From NCBI GenBank assembly GCA_965655095.1, contig OZ296648.1, positions 94,240,001 through 94,304,000 of the forward strand: DNA of 64,000 nucleotides, written 5' to 3'. This stretch comes from Haplodiscus bocki (Eukaryota). The first letter of the stretch is position 1. Each line of letters begins with the position of its first letter. The notes beneath the pieces are model-generated. The model was not told the DNA's origin, made no database searches, and saw only the letters and a list, made by a program, of their open reading frames with translations. This document shows positions 11,590 through 24,544 of the stretch, piece by piece. Both the position numbers and the translations under genes were made by a program.

Positions 11590-13185
11590 CTTGGCATTTT
11601 TCGTTCGAATTGTGGACCGCAGCTTGAGCACCTTCCTTTTAATTGTTTTGACTGTCTTTTTGCTGGACATGGTTCTGTCCTACTGGTCTCCTGTTCCGGG
11701 GAGGCAGTCTATTAGCTGCAATGGCTCCAAAATAGCATTTCTCTGTGGAGTGGTTTGTTTTTCCACATCTTTCAAGGCAAACAACTTACAGGGTGAGAAA
11801 ACCGTTTTTAGCTTTTTTCCTGCTCTGTTATTGTTTTTGTTGCTTTTGTTGTTGTTGTTATTGTTCGGGATAGAAAAATTAGCGCTCTGGTTCCTGTTGC
11901 CGGAACTAACTTGAGTCCCATCAGCCTGTTCTTCCTGTCTTTTTAGGTGATTTCTGTAATGTCCAGGTCTTTTACAGTCGAAGCACGTTTTTTCCGGTCC
12001 GGTCTGTTGGCATTCGTGTTTGTTGTTTGTTGGCTCACAGTGTTGACGTGTAGCTCATCAAGGGCTTCCAAACCTTTGGGCTCCATTTCGTTTTCGAGGT
12101 GTGTCACAATCTGTTCATTTGTGCCATTTTCCAAATGGGACTGGTTCAACTATTTTTTCAGATGCGGAAGCATTGTAACAAACATGAATTGTTCAAAGAT
12201 GGAAAGGGCAGCTATTCCGAATGCGTCTTTGTCTAGTTTTTGAAATTCATCAAGAAAATCAACTAACTTTTGATTTGCTGGGTTGAACACAAGATTCTAA
12301 AATTTATGTTTGGCCGTTGCCATCGATTGAGATTTTATGAAATTCCCACGGAAAACTGCCAGGATTCCTGCCAATTTCTCTGGGGTTGGGCTGTTTTTGT
12401 TTTTGAATGTCTCCAGCGCACCTCCCCTCATAAGAGAGTGGAAATAATTGATTCTGTAGTCTTCAATCAGTTGGTTGTGAATCTTGAGGTTTGTCTGGAA
12501 AAGGTCATCACAAAGCTCAAACTTCTTTGACTTCCCATCAAACGTGGGCATTGTAGTGGTTAGCGACATTGGACACTAGGAAGTTCTGTGAATAATGCAA
12601 TTAAAGTTTGTAGAGTTGCTTTTGTCTGCCAACTGCTGAAGGGCCAACAAAAGTTGGTCTGCTTCGAGCGTTGAAGGGGTGTTTTCACCGGGAACATGCG
12701 GTTGACTCCCGAAGCGGTTTTTGCTTTGCCTGCCTGAAGACGTTCCAGGAGAGCAGTAGGTGATTTCTTCTTGAACTCCTGTCAACATGTCGTGTGGATA
12801 TTCTGGGTCAAATTTTCACGTAGTTTGACTCTGAGAGACAATCGCTTGAGGTTGAGGATCCCTCTGGGTGTCGTTCCCATTCGTTCTCTGGTTTGCGCCT
12901 AGTGTGCTCCGGGTGGTCACCGGAGAGGTTCCGGAGTGGCCTTGTATCAGTTGGTGCAGAAAACTTTCGTCAAAACGGGCTAGAGGGTAATTTTGGTTGC
13001 CGGTCCTTCTGAACTTTTTGAACAACTTCTCTCTTATTCTGCCCTCAAATTCATCAAAAAGTTGAGTAATATAGTCCTTTTGAGATCTGGGAGCATTCGA
13101 GTTTTGTGCCAAGTCACTCCTAGGATGTTCCTCATAATTCTCTTTTTTATGGACGTAAGTTTTCGTTTATTCCTCAGAGTTGCTT
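11590..13185 (-). pseudogene. gag: Ty3/Gypsy gag, decayed
   Basis: MPTFDGKSKKFELCDDLFQTNLK..INYFHSLMRGGAL (12297..12569). Zinc-knuckle remnant CGKTNHSTEKC (~11735-11767). Asn-rich (TTG)n tract at ~11825-11865. Confidence 0.85.
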
Positions 13186-14432
13186 TTCTCTCCGGGAAAA
13201 ATAATGAACAACAATTATTAGTGAGTCATTTTTTAGGGAGAAAGTCAACTTGTTGGCTGTCAAAAACAATTGTAGGAAACAAAACGAATAGACTGAATAT
13301 TATCTCAGTAATAGCAATGATTTTTTTGTTTTCCGAAACTTCTTTTCTCTTATAAATATGTTTTGCTTGGCGGGAAACATAAACGTTTGCATGCCAAGTA
13401 AAGGATAAAAAAGGGAAAAGTGCTCTCGGATTAAACAACATCAAAGGTTGAAATGTCGACTCTGGCAGAAAATAAAATTTTGCTTTTCGTTTTTTCCCTC
13501 ATAGGACGCGTCCTTTCAATCTTCCGACGGAAAATGCACATACTCGTTCAGAAATGGTCATCAAAGTGTATATTCCTCCACCGACATCCCAATTTACAAA
13601 AACAGCTCCTTTCTTTGATTAGAAAATGGGAAAACGTGATGAAATAATAAAGATTTTCATGAAAGATTAGCAACATTAGCAACTCTTATGGAAAATGAGA
13701 AAACAAAAAAAAACATACAAAATCACCACATTCATTTACATTTCATCACTTGTCAGTTGCTTAGTTTTTAGTCCTTTAGAAGTGAGAAGAAACTGGAAGT
13801 TTTATTAGTTTACTCCTCATTCGGACGAGTGCCGACTAGTGGTTTCCGAAGCAGTACCACAGCCACTAGTAGTAGCAGTTGAATTAAGCAGCTGTGCTCA
13901 AAATAGGAGTGAAAATGGAGTCACTTCGTACTCACCACAGCACTGAAGCGCGGCATAGTTAGTAAAGTGGAAGTGACGTCATCAGACTAGTGGTGGCGGA
14001 ACACGTAGGGAACAAATTCTCCCTCTGGGAGTCATTACACTGCAATTCATTCAAGCAGGCTACATATAGCGTCAATTCAATTGAAAGTACTACATTGAAC
14101 GGCATTTAATGAAATCAGTCAAAGTAAATTTTTTTTTATTTTTTTAAGTATTTAAATGAAAATATTAATATAAAGAAAGCACTTCGCAGTTAAAAATACT
14201 CTGTGAGTACTTGTTTGGTCCGTAACGGTTACGTCCTAAGCTGGATCAGTTTGGTTTCGTATGAAATACGGACCAGTAATTATTTAAATTGGTTATGGAT
14301 AAGTATAAGATACTTATCATACTATATGTACACTAGTTATAACTATTTAAAAAAGTTTTGAATTGAACTTTGATTGAAAGTAGAAGAGTCTCTGTTCAAT
14401 GTGAGCAATGGGGTGTCACTGTTGCTTGTAGG
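12917..14432 (-). repeat. Second copy of the junction region (end of accessory ORF, LTR/leader, gag start)
   Basis: Diverged direct repeat of 1-1518; homology stops at ...gcttgtagg 14432. Confidence 0.85.
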
Positions 14433-15559
14433 GATTGACCGCAGACTTTGCAGGTATGCTGCTATAGCGTCTTCTATTTTAAAAGGGTTTTCGCCGGAAG
14501 AATCGAGTCAGTTAAGCTAGGTGGAAGATTTTATTCAATTATGGGTTAGGACATAGAATTCCACTAGACTGATCCCTGTAAAGCCTGGAAACGGATTGCA
14601 TTGCATTGATTGGCACCGGCTCCGGACATCAGGAGACTAGATTTTTTTTCAAAACTAAAGTGCATACATGACTCGAAAAAGTTGTATGAGTTAGCGTTTG
14701 AAGACCAGTTCGTTAAGAAAAAGAAAAATTCCTTTGCAAATCTTCAACCCAAATAGCGAATGTTTTCAATTTATTGAGAAATCATCGGAAAAGATGGTAC
14801 AAAAATTATTCTAGAGTTCTGAGCTCAAGCAGCAAGGATTTCCGAGAGCACGTCAATGTTTTTGACGCTATCCGATCTGGTTCGCCCGAGAAAGTTCCGA
14901 ATTACCAGAATTGCACAACACTGGTTCTCGGATGCGATGAACATTGGATCGAAATATCCGCCTTATACCCCGGACTTCGATCAAAATGGGAAATTGAGGA
15001 CAATACTAAAAGTAGCAGGAAACAACAGCACGTGGCATGCAAAAACTTGCCTGAATTTTTCAGCAAAAGTTAGTTTAAAAAAAGATGTTTAAAATCGTCA
15101 AATTCGTGACCCGAGAAATTTGAAAATGCTTGGAAAAATAAAAAACTCCGAAAATGAACTATCCGTCATAGCCTAACTTTTTTTGTCTTGTTCTGTGTTC
15201 TTTCTGTATTTCTTCTCAGAAGAAATTGGTTACATTTTGGTACCAGGAGTTGTTTATACAAGAACAAGACAGCCAATGTTCGGCGACTTTCATATTTTGA
15301 GATAAACTGTAGAACCGGAGAGACAAAAGTGTCTTCACCCCTTGTCTGACTACTTTCCTTGGCTGCAGTATTTTTACTTTTCCGGTCGCCCGCAAGGGCT
15401 GCCAGCGCCGGCGGATTTTTTTTAAGTCGGCGGTCAATTCTTACATTTGCTGTTAGCTTTTACGCGTGCCTGAATAAACGTTTAGGAAAATGTAATGGTA
15501 TTACGAAGTCTGTAAATACAAACTAAGAAATGCGCATATGTTATGAAACTATCATATTT

Positions 15560-15936
15560 CAACATGTAATTACCTTCAAACGAGAGTACTTTAACATCGT
15601 GGAAACCAATAAAATTTTTTTGCTCGAACTTAGAGAGAAGAATTTGTGAAGAATTCGTCCACAACTTGGCCATGCTGGAAACGAACTTCAGCTTTTCTGG
15701 AATCATCCACTTGTGGCACTTTCTGTGGAAAATAAGTTTTTTTCCGACCCAGTGAATCGGCAGAACAAAAATTATTGATGGAACTTGGTGTGTTTCCAAG
15801 TCTCACTTTTCATGTTCCAAGGTTTTGTTTTAATTATTGCAAAGGTATTGGAGCAAACTAACAAAAAGAACAAACGCATCGATATTTGAGAAGCAGATTG
15901 CGTTTTTAGTTTTGGTAGGAGAGCGATATTGTCAAC
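15560..15936 (-). pseudogene. Polinton/adintovirus-type cysteine protease (adenain) remnant
   Basis: VDNIALL..NTFAIIKTKPWNMKSETW (the position of the GEHW catalytic-His motif) and C-terminal KFEQKNFIGFHDVKVLSFEGNYM. Lies directly downstream of the capsid gene. Confidence 0.7.
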
Positions 15937-15939
15937 TTT

Positions 15940-17230
15940 GATTATTTTTACAACCACGTCTTTCTTGCGAAGGGTTTTGAAGACCATCCTTTTCCCAATA
16001 CAATGACTTTTGTAACGTGCTCAAGTGCAAATCTAAACTGTAGCTCCAAAGTCAACGGTTTTTCAAAAAACTCTGGAGAATAGCAGTGTTTAATTGTTTC
16101 TTGCATTGAGGTTAAATCGTAGACCAGCACTTAATGACCTTAAAAACTAATATTGGGGATGGATGGTATGCCTTGTTGGAAACTCATTGCTTCTATTGTA
16201 ATTGTGTATGGGCAATTACTATCGAATGTGTCGTAGTTTACAGTTAGTTGCCAGTCTCTGAGTTTTGAAAATTGTCTCAGTTAGAAGATATTGTTAGAAA
16301 AAGTGGTGATCAGTCAAATAACCGGTGAAGGCAGATTTTGCAGCGATTGTAATTGCGATCCGGCGAATGTAAACCTTAACAACTGGTTTTGTCGGGCTGG
16401 ATCTAAATAGAATTTGCCAAGTTGTCCGTTTAGATTGTTTCTACGTGGACGCATGCAGACGTATCTGTTCTTTGTTTGTGATCATCATTTTTGAGAACAA
16501 TACGGCGAGTGTATAGAGAAAAAAGTCTACAACTCCAAACCTATAGCTGGGATTGCTGCCAACCATAAAATTAATTGGTCTCGCTTCTAAAAACTGTATT
16601 CTAACTTTCATATTTGGCTATAGCGAATCGATGGTTGCAAAATTTGGAGCCCCAATTTACCGTACTACATGCAGCCGTCTGGAATGATAGGCAGTTTCTG
16701 CCTTCTATAAAAATAGTCAATCAGTCGTGATTCTTGACTAATATCCGGAATCTCTTCATAGCCAAAATCTTCAGAATGCAAAACTAAGAAGTATTTTTTT
16801 CAATTGATCTGATTGGAGCGTTGATTGGTGTCAATTTTTTTTGAAATTGATAAATACCTTTAAACCTAAAAATTATTAAAGATAGTTAACCACTTTAAAG
16901 TCCGTTTTTTAAAAAAAAAACAGGCTCCGCCAAACAGGTTTCGAAAAGTTCCGTTTTTTCTTACACCTAAATCTGCACGTTTAAGGAGAAGTACAGCGAC
17001 AAAATAAATTACTCCAAACCTTTTTTCATGAAATCATAGAAAAACATTCATAAATCTCACTTCATCTTCAGTCTCAAATAAATATTGTTGCCCTTTCGAG
17101 GAAATGACATCAATTTTGAATTAGTATGATATCCTATGACACCCTTTCAATAGTTTTTTCAACACATGAATACCAAACTCAACAATCACAAACGAATTAG
17201 ATATGAACCTTTCTGAATATTCATGGAAAA
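15940..17230 (-). pseudogene. Polinton/Maverick (adintovirus) major capsid protein remnant
   Basis: Fragments in order: VLHSEDFGYEE (~16755-16787), PNMKVRIQFLEARPINFM..FGVVDFFLYT (~16510-16620), IRRIAITIAAKSAFTGY (~16315-16370), AMSFQQGIPSIP, VLVYDLTSMQETIKHCYSPEFFEKPLTLELQF..LEHVTKVIVLG (15948..16130). The 5' boundary is approximate. Confidence 0.75.
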
Positions 17231-19677
17231 TTCAATCATGTTTAAAAAGTCTAAACTCCAGGTGTTCTCATTTTGTGATTTGCTGATATCTTTGACTCAA
17301 ACTTTTTCATAGGTGTTTCAGAAAGATTTTTTTCTGTTAAAGATATCAGTTTTGCCATTGACTATTGAGAACTAAAAAACATAATTTTATATTCGGTAAC
17401 TTTTCTATGTGGAATATCAGTTTTTTGAAGTCTGTTGTTCCATTTTCGTTTATTTAGGCGGTAGCAAGCGCTTAAAAAACCGTGTCCACTGAAACAAAAA
17501 CACAAGAACCGCAGTAACTACAATCTTCACAATAGACGAAAAGAGGTTTTTGGTAACTTCAAAATAGAAACACCCGAAAGTGTTTGGACTGATAAATCTG
17601 TTTTTGGGAGGAAAATTCTACGCTTTGAAATGTGGTATGGATAACAAAACTGAAGTAAAACTGGAAAAAAATCCCTTAAACAACTAGGAAAAAGATATCT
17701 CGAAGAAAATTGTAAAGGCGTAGCTGGCGAAACAGAATAGAGTTGCCGGAGAATGGGAAAAACCTGAAAATCGAAATGACGCTGAAATCAGAGAGAAGGA
17801 CTCTGAAAAGTGATGTCGGAAAACATAAATTGCACCAAAATCATCTGGTGATGAAAGGGAACAACAAAATATCATTAAATTGTGCTTCACGGAATTAAGA
17901 CATCTACAAAAACTCATCAACTTTTATAAATCATACCACATCTACGTTGATAATTTTTGCAATTAACCCTGTAGAAAAACCATTCATCGACATATTCTTC
18001 AATAACTTGAACTTTTTCTACCCATCACTACAAATATAATACAACCTACTTGTTAACACAAGCGTAGCATCAACTAAACAGGAGGCAAAAATTTTGACCT
18101 AAAATAACGTCGACTTTTAGCGTTTTTAGTGATCGAACAGAAGAAAAGATTTTGTTCCAATTACACTTTTTTGGCAAGGTGTATCAGAAATATAAAAAAT
18201 ATGTCCAATATTCATTGTTCTATGCTCATCTTGTGTTAGAAAGCTTTTTCCAATTGCATCTTCAGTGAAAAGTCTAAACCAAGATACTATTTCTCTGTAA
18301 CCATATGAGTTATTATCTTCTGCATCTTATGATATTCTGTGGTAACAGCAGTTTTTGGGAAAAAACCGGCCAAAAAACATCACTTGAAACCAGTAGACTG
18401 TCAGCAAAAAATCTTTTTTTTTCGTTGAAGAAACCAGTTTCTCAGCTGGAAGTCAAACAATAATTAAAAACGAACATAACTACACCTTTCACCAACAAAT
18501 CCCAAAACCACAATACTTCTGACGTTGCATCTCTTACAAAGCCAAGTCATTGGGTGAATTTCAGCTCAGTTGGTCCCTTATCCAACTTTTCTGATTATCT
18601 TATCTCTGATTGTTTCGTATTTGAGGGTGCTAAAAATGGTACAAACCAACGGAAAGCCTTTATAACTCTTCCAAAGTGTTCATCAACACTACTTAAAACA
18701 TTTGCATCTTTTTCCTCACTGTTAATATTTGTTTCAAGCGCAATATAATATTTCCGTGACATTCAGTAGAAAACACCTTGAACAAGAAGTAACCTCGATT
18801 TTTTGCCGTTGCTATATAATCCTCTTTGCTGATTCTTTTTGATAACGTTCGACTCCAAAATATAAATTAAACAAACCTTTGCTATTTGTTCTATACCTGT
18901 AATTTGGACAAACATAAAGATGATGATCAAAATTTTTGAAAAATTTCGACTGTTTTAAGCGTAATGTAAGAGCTTAAAAGCCTAACAAATCAAATAGAGT
19001 TTTTTAGGCGGAGCTTGTATCAGCATCATTTGCGAAACTACTAGTAATTAAAAAGAAGGAAAGCAATGCTCCAAGATAGATATCGTCTGCAAAAACAAAA
19101 GTATCTTTTCGGGATATAGCATTAAGGTTGGAGAATAGAAATTGTCTATGGTATTGAATGCTTGTGGTGTGTAATAAATCAGTTCTAAATCTCAAAAGTC
19201 CGATCTCTTTTTGAATAAATATTAAGCTTACCATAATTTATCAAGAGTTCAACTCATGTTTCTTGCAGCAAACTTCATAAAAAATCAACTTATACCGAAA
19301 ATGGTGAAAAGTCATTTATATCTCTAGATCCTACAAAAAGTTTTGCATCCCATTCAAAATCTGCGACTTTTTGATAAGTATCTCCAACAAAAGTTACGCT
19401 GCCTTCCAACCAATTTTATGTTTCTAATTTTATTTTTGTGTACCTCGTGGTTCTTTCAAACGGAAACTCTCCTCTCTTAACTTCAAGCGTCTTTTGTTCT
19501 GCCAACACATAACGATATTTTTTCAAAGAATAAGAGACTTTTTCGCTCAGCTGAAAAAGGTTTCATTTTCGGTTAGCAAATCATTGGAGTTCAGCACTTT
19601 TCAAGAGTGAAACAAAAGTTTTTTCATCCATTTCAGATTCAAAAATCATATTGATATAGAAATACATTTTTTCTACA

Positions 19678-19877
19678 NNNNNNNNNNNNNNNNNNNNNNN
19701 NNNNNNNNNNNNNNNNNNNNNNNNNNNNNNNNNNNNNNNNNNNNNNNNNNNNNNNNNNNNNNNNNNNNNNNNNNNNNNNNNNNNNNNNNNNNNNNNNNNN
19801 NNNNNNNNNNNNNNNNNNNNNNNNNNNNNNNNNNNNNNNNNNNNNNNNNNNNNNNNNNNNNNNNNNNNNNNNNNNNN
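19678..19877. other. Assembly gap (200 N)
   Basis: Run of exactly 200 n, a round fixed size typical of a scaffolding join. Confidence 0.99.
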
Positions 19878-20916
19878 GCTCAAATTTGAAACTTGATTGG
19901 AATTAATTTAATTAAAGTGTATATTTCAACTGCAAATGCTGAATTGTCGCGTGCTTTCACTCACATAGATAAAGTGACTTCAGATGTCTTCCCAATCAGT
20001 AGTAGGTATGATATCCATAGAATATCCATTTACTCACTCGATCCAATCCTCCTTCTGAATCGAAGTTTACAACACGCTGTGAGTTCTGTGGGTTTTCAAT
20101 GGTCCTGGAAAGCATGCTCGAATTCCTTAATGCATTTGTTAAGTAATGCCTGCCCAAGCTTTAGGTAAATTTGTCTATTGAATTTATCTTCCAAGATGGA
20201 TGTATGCCCATGTCATCATCAATGTCAACTAATGGCGCACATCATTCTTTTAGAATTGAATATACAGGTTAGCTGGATTTAGGAGATATCATTTTTATGG
20301 AAAAGCTCAAAGATGATGCTTCTTCCCATAGTGAAGACCTATGAAATTTACATATGACTTGGTGGAGTGAACTGAACGACTTTAATAACTCATTTAAACT
20401 TTTCAATACCTAAACTGTGCTTGCTGCATAGAAAGCTTCGAATTCTTTTCGTTGAAACTCGGAATATCATGCGTGATTTTGAAAACTGCATCTAAAAACA
20501 ATTATCAGAAAACAAATATTGAAAATTTTAAATTTCAAAATTTTCACGATGCAATTCAAAAACTTTTATATGGTCAAAAGCCATTTTGCTGTGATTTTCA
20601 GATGAATTATTTGGGTCACATTTATCTGCAATGTGGTGTCAATGGTGAACATATAATCTATTGATTAATCAGAGCTTAAGTGTGATCAAAAGAATCACTG
20701 AGAGTGAAATAGGAGAAGTTCTTTAGCGTAACAATTGGGTAGAAATGTTTATAACGCATAGTTGGGAAACTTGGCTAATCCTTTTTATGCAGCAGTGATA
20801 AACTTCGGAAATGCTTGTATGATCTGACTGACTCTTCCATGTTTTGAAAACAATTTGCTTACAGGCATTATAAGCCCTACAATGGCTCAAAGGTCATAAA
20901 TTGATCATTTTTCTAG

Positions 20917-21539
20917 CAACGTGTGAGATCAATGGAATAAATCCTATCAGTACTTCTTGTGGTAACGACACAATTATCAGAATAGCATATTTCTGCTACA
21001 CTGACTCACTGCTGATTGAAAAACAAGCCACCAAAACGAATGTATCTGGATGTGACGTCATCAGCAGAGAAGATGGCAATGTGTTCAGTTGTCCAGATGC
21101 AAACCATCAAGTTAACCTCCTTGACTTAAAGTTTCAATACCTCCGATCTCCATCACCAACTTCCAAAACAAATGAGACGTGCGAACGAAACGATAGTTTT
21201 TGTGGAATTGACATGGAAAAGGATTCTGAGTTCATTTATATACAAAAGGAATGTTCAGAGCATCAAAAATGTCCAATTACGGCTCTAGCGTCGTCCAGCG
21301 GTTCTCTCTACGGCTGCAGAGCATCAGGTTATAACGTAACAGATATTGATGTAGTGAAGTTTTCTTACCAATTCCTCTGCCAGAATCCGGCTAATTTTAC
21401 TGTCGGCACCTACATCTTGCCCCGGACCCGTAATTGTATTGGAATGCCAGATGGATTGCATGCAGTGATATTCGACGGAAGATTCGACTACAGCCCGTGC
21501 TTCCAAAACTACACAACTTGTCGTAATGGAAGCGAACAG
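20917..21539 (+). CDS. Host gene exon: SUEL/Gal-binding lectin-like domain plus first half of a CBM14 chitin-binding domain
   Basis: Acceptor tttttctag|C (phase 1) and donor CAG|gtttga (phase 0). TCE..SCGNDTIIRIAY..IQKECSEHQKCPITA..YGC..KFSYQFLC is followed by CIGMPDGLH..PCFQNYTTCRNG. Many N-glycosylation sequons. Upstream exons not found. Confidence 0.8.
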
Positions 21540-22397
21540 GTTTGATTAAACGCTTTAAAATGATAGCGCATTGTTTCTAGGCGATATATTCTTAATGTTG
21601 AAAATTGCAGATGGGTTGTGAAGCTTCACAGTGACTGTGATGGGAACTGTTCGCTATCTGAAAAGGATGTGCAATTTATAGAAAATCCACGTCCCTCAAC
21701 AGAATGTCAAAACAGGCAGTTTATACATGGGAATATTTGATTTTAGAAAATTAGTTCGATTTTAGGGCAACCTTTTGCTTCGACCTCTCAAGGTTATGGG
21801 TCTTAGCCTCAGCGTCGTCTCAGCGTGGCCCAGTATATCATAAATTTTTCAGAATTTCCTGCAATTTTTCTCAATTTTCTGTCCCAACTAGTCAAAATTG
21901 TTCACTTTTTTTCACAACTGTTCGATTTTTTAAACTTCACTTCGGCAAAGAAAGCACAGTGAACAAAATATTATTTTTTGACTAGAGATTTCGAAGTATT
22001 CAAGTACTTTTCACTGCGAACAAAAGAAAAGTCTGACGAATTGCAAAAAAATCTTGCAGACGATTCAAGAATTCAGATTGAAAGACTGATTTGCTCCCTT
22101 TTCTACTCATAAGTTTTAACTAATTCTCATGCTGATATGTTGGTAACCCCTTACACGATTGAGGACCACCTCAGCAAGTCAAACGCTGTCATTCAAATGA
22201 ACTGGCATGTATTTATGTCATAGTAAGTCAACAAAGTGAATCGTTTGGCTCTATAATTCCTGTCCTTTGGATTATATACTTCGACAGTCGTTTCGACTGG
22301 AAACTTGGCCATTTTTCGTTCGCTGTCAGTCTTAATAGCTGAATCCAGCCTACACCCTGAGTCTATTCCATTCTACTCCTTACACTATACTCCGAGC

Positions 22398-22960
22398 TTA
22401 GAACATTCTAGTGTTAGTAGAGCATTCATTTTTTAAAATTTTGTTCAGTCTTATCTTTCTACTATTTCCTGCAACATTTTCATTTTCTGTTATCGTGGAC
22501 ATACTTTCCACCCTTTCTCTGAAAAATTGTTGTTTCTCTAAAACATTTTTTAAATTTTTCTCTGAAACTTCTCTAACCAAGCCTTCTGCATATTTTCAAA
22601 ACAGTTTGCTCTTTCTTCACTAAAATTTCCCCGTTAGCACTTTTCATTGTTTTTCTTTGATCAAAGATTTCTCTCTTTCAGAAATTTTTTTCAACTCATC
22701 TTTTTTTTCGATGACCTTATCTCTTCTGTTGTAAACAATTTTCCATTGTAGGTTTTTCCTACACTGTGGCTCCCTAATTTTCGTTTCCCAACCCGTTAGA
22801 CGTAGAGTCGGAACACGAAATTTTCTTTGCATGGCGTCTTTGAATTTCTATGCTGCTGACTTTTAAGGTGACTGTTCAAAACCTAGTTAGGATATATTGG
22901 TCAATTAGGAGAGTTCCTAGGTAGTACTGGACTCTGCTCCACGTTTCGAATTTCTCTTGA
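22398..22960 (-). mobile_element. Possible non-LTR ORF1/5' end remnant
   Basis: K/E-rich coiled-coil-like ORFs 22644..22832 and 22398..22580; no diagnostic motif. Confidence 0.25.
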
Positions 22961-24081
22961 CTTGTAAAACATGAAAATAAAGACTTAAGATAAGCATTGA
23001 TCAGACATTGTGAGCGAACGTTTATTGTTCAGAGTTTAGCAATCTTTGTCCTAAAAGTAAAATTATTGTTACCAATCCCACTTTTAAAATAAAACCTTTC
23101 ACACTGGAATAATAAATCGAATTCTTCAAGCAATATTCTGGTTGAACGCATTTCCACATTTTTAAATTCATTTTGCCAACAAGGTTTTGGTTAAACGTAA
23201 ACTTTTTCATCTTTAAAGTTGTACAACCTCATTGTATTTTGCTTTTTCAATCGTGGCTGTTGGAATTGTATATACATGTACAGCACGCCGAAATTATTTT
23301 TCTTTAATTTTCTGCACAGAATTGCTATTACAATTCTCATACTGAATCTTGAAATCTTTCCAGAACTGAAGCACTTCACTGAGAATAAAAGACTTTGACG
23401 AAATGATGATGGAGCCGAAAACTGAAACCCCACTGAAAAGAACTAAACTTTTTAGGAACATGCTCTGAAATTTAAAACTTTCATTGAAAACCCCCTCGGA
23501 TGTAATACATGCACTTTTTAGAGAAGAAGTTCCTGAATTAGCATCGGATAAAATATAAATTTGTATATGTTTCTTATTTATGAATTTTATAGAATTTTAT
23601 GATCTGGATATCACTCTAGAATTTAAGTATTATCGAGGTAAAGAAAATATGTTTTCTTTTGAGAAATGTTTAGAAGTCGCAGAAAATATCTGAGTAATCA
23701 AGTTAGGTCAAGTCAAGTTGAAAGCCTCTTCGTAGTATTAACTTTACTAAAAGTATTACCATAACACCTCTTTAAAAATGTAATACACTGTATGAAGCCA
23801 AAGTTACAGCTTCTCGTGGTGGCCCTCGAGAAGTTCGAAATCACAGAAGATTCAGTGGGACTGGATTACTTTAGTTTGTTTTTGTGTTACCTCTCCTTGG
23901 AAGTCACAATTCTTTGAACACTGTCCCAAAATGTTGACCCCAAATCTTCAGAGAAGTCCGCCCTCGATCTTTGAACTGTATGTCTCAGGAGCATGCAAAA
24001 ACGAACACAAAAATTTGACTTCTACGAACTCCATGATTTCACTCCAAATTGATCCAAACCATGTGACTGACGGAAAAGAAC

Positions 24082-24321
24082 CCGGGTTGAAACTTTGACC
24101 GAAATTTTTTCTGTAAAAAGGGGTTAACGGCGGCCAAAATTAGCCACAGAAGTGGTTATTAAACGGAAAAAAAGCGACGTTAACGGCGTTTAACCGGGGA
24201 AATAGCAGAGTTATCGGCGTGAAACCGAACAAATAGCGGCGTTAACTGCGGTTAAGCGAAAAATTAGCGGCGGTAGTTTCCGCTGCTATAGCAGGAATTT
24301 ACCGGCGAATTTTTAACCCTG
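24082..24321 (+). mobile_element. MITE-like element with an internal ~31-bp minisatellite
   Basis: TIR-like ends CCGGGTTGAAA / TTTTAACCCTG. Repeats of AAAATAGCGGCGTTAACGGCGTT.AACCGG. Reverse-complement copy at 62291-62540. Confidence 0.75.
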
Positions 24322-24544
24322 GTCTCTCGGAAAAAACGGTGACCATATTTGCCATCAATAAAATCGCAACGTCTGGATGCTTCATGCTCCCAGTTGAAAA
24401 CAACCACAGTGTTCAAAAACTTCTAAACAGGAAAAGAGCATGAACTACAGAATAATATTATTTAAAAAAATTTAAAACAATGTTATTAAAAATATTGTTG
24501 AATATATATTTGTCGGAAAATTCGAACTCGCAAATCCATTCTGT

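Noticed and set aside
11591-11914. Hydrophobic plus-strand ORF
   Set aside because: Antisense shadow of the Asn-rich gag segment.
14433-15480. ORFs 14774..15073 and 14856..15092 and a GC-rich patch
   Set aside because: No recognisable motif or boundaries; left unassigned.
19581-19883. ORF spanning the N run
   Set aside because: Artefact of the assembly gap; contiguity across the gap is itself uncertain.
19893-20168. Candidate upstream exon of the lectin/FN3 gene
   Set aside because: No signal peptide, no domain signature and no phase-compatible donor.
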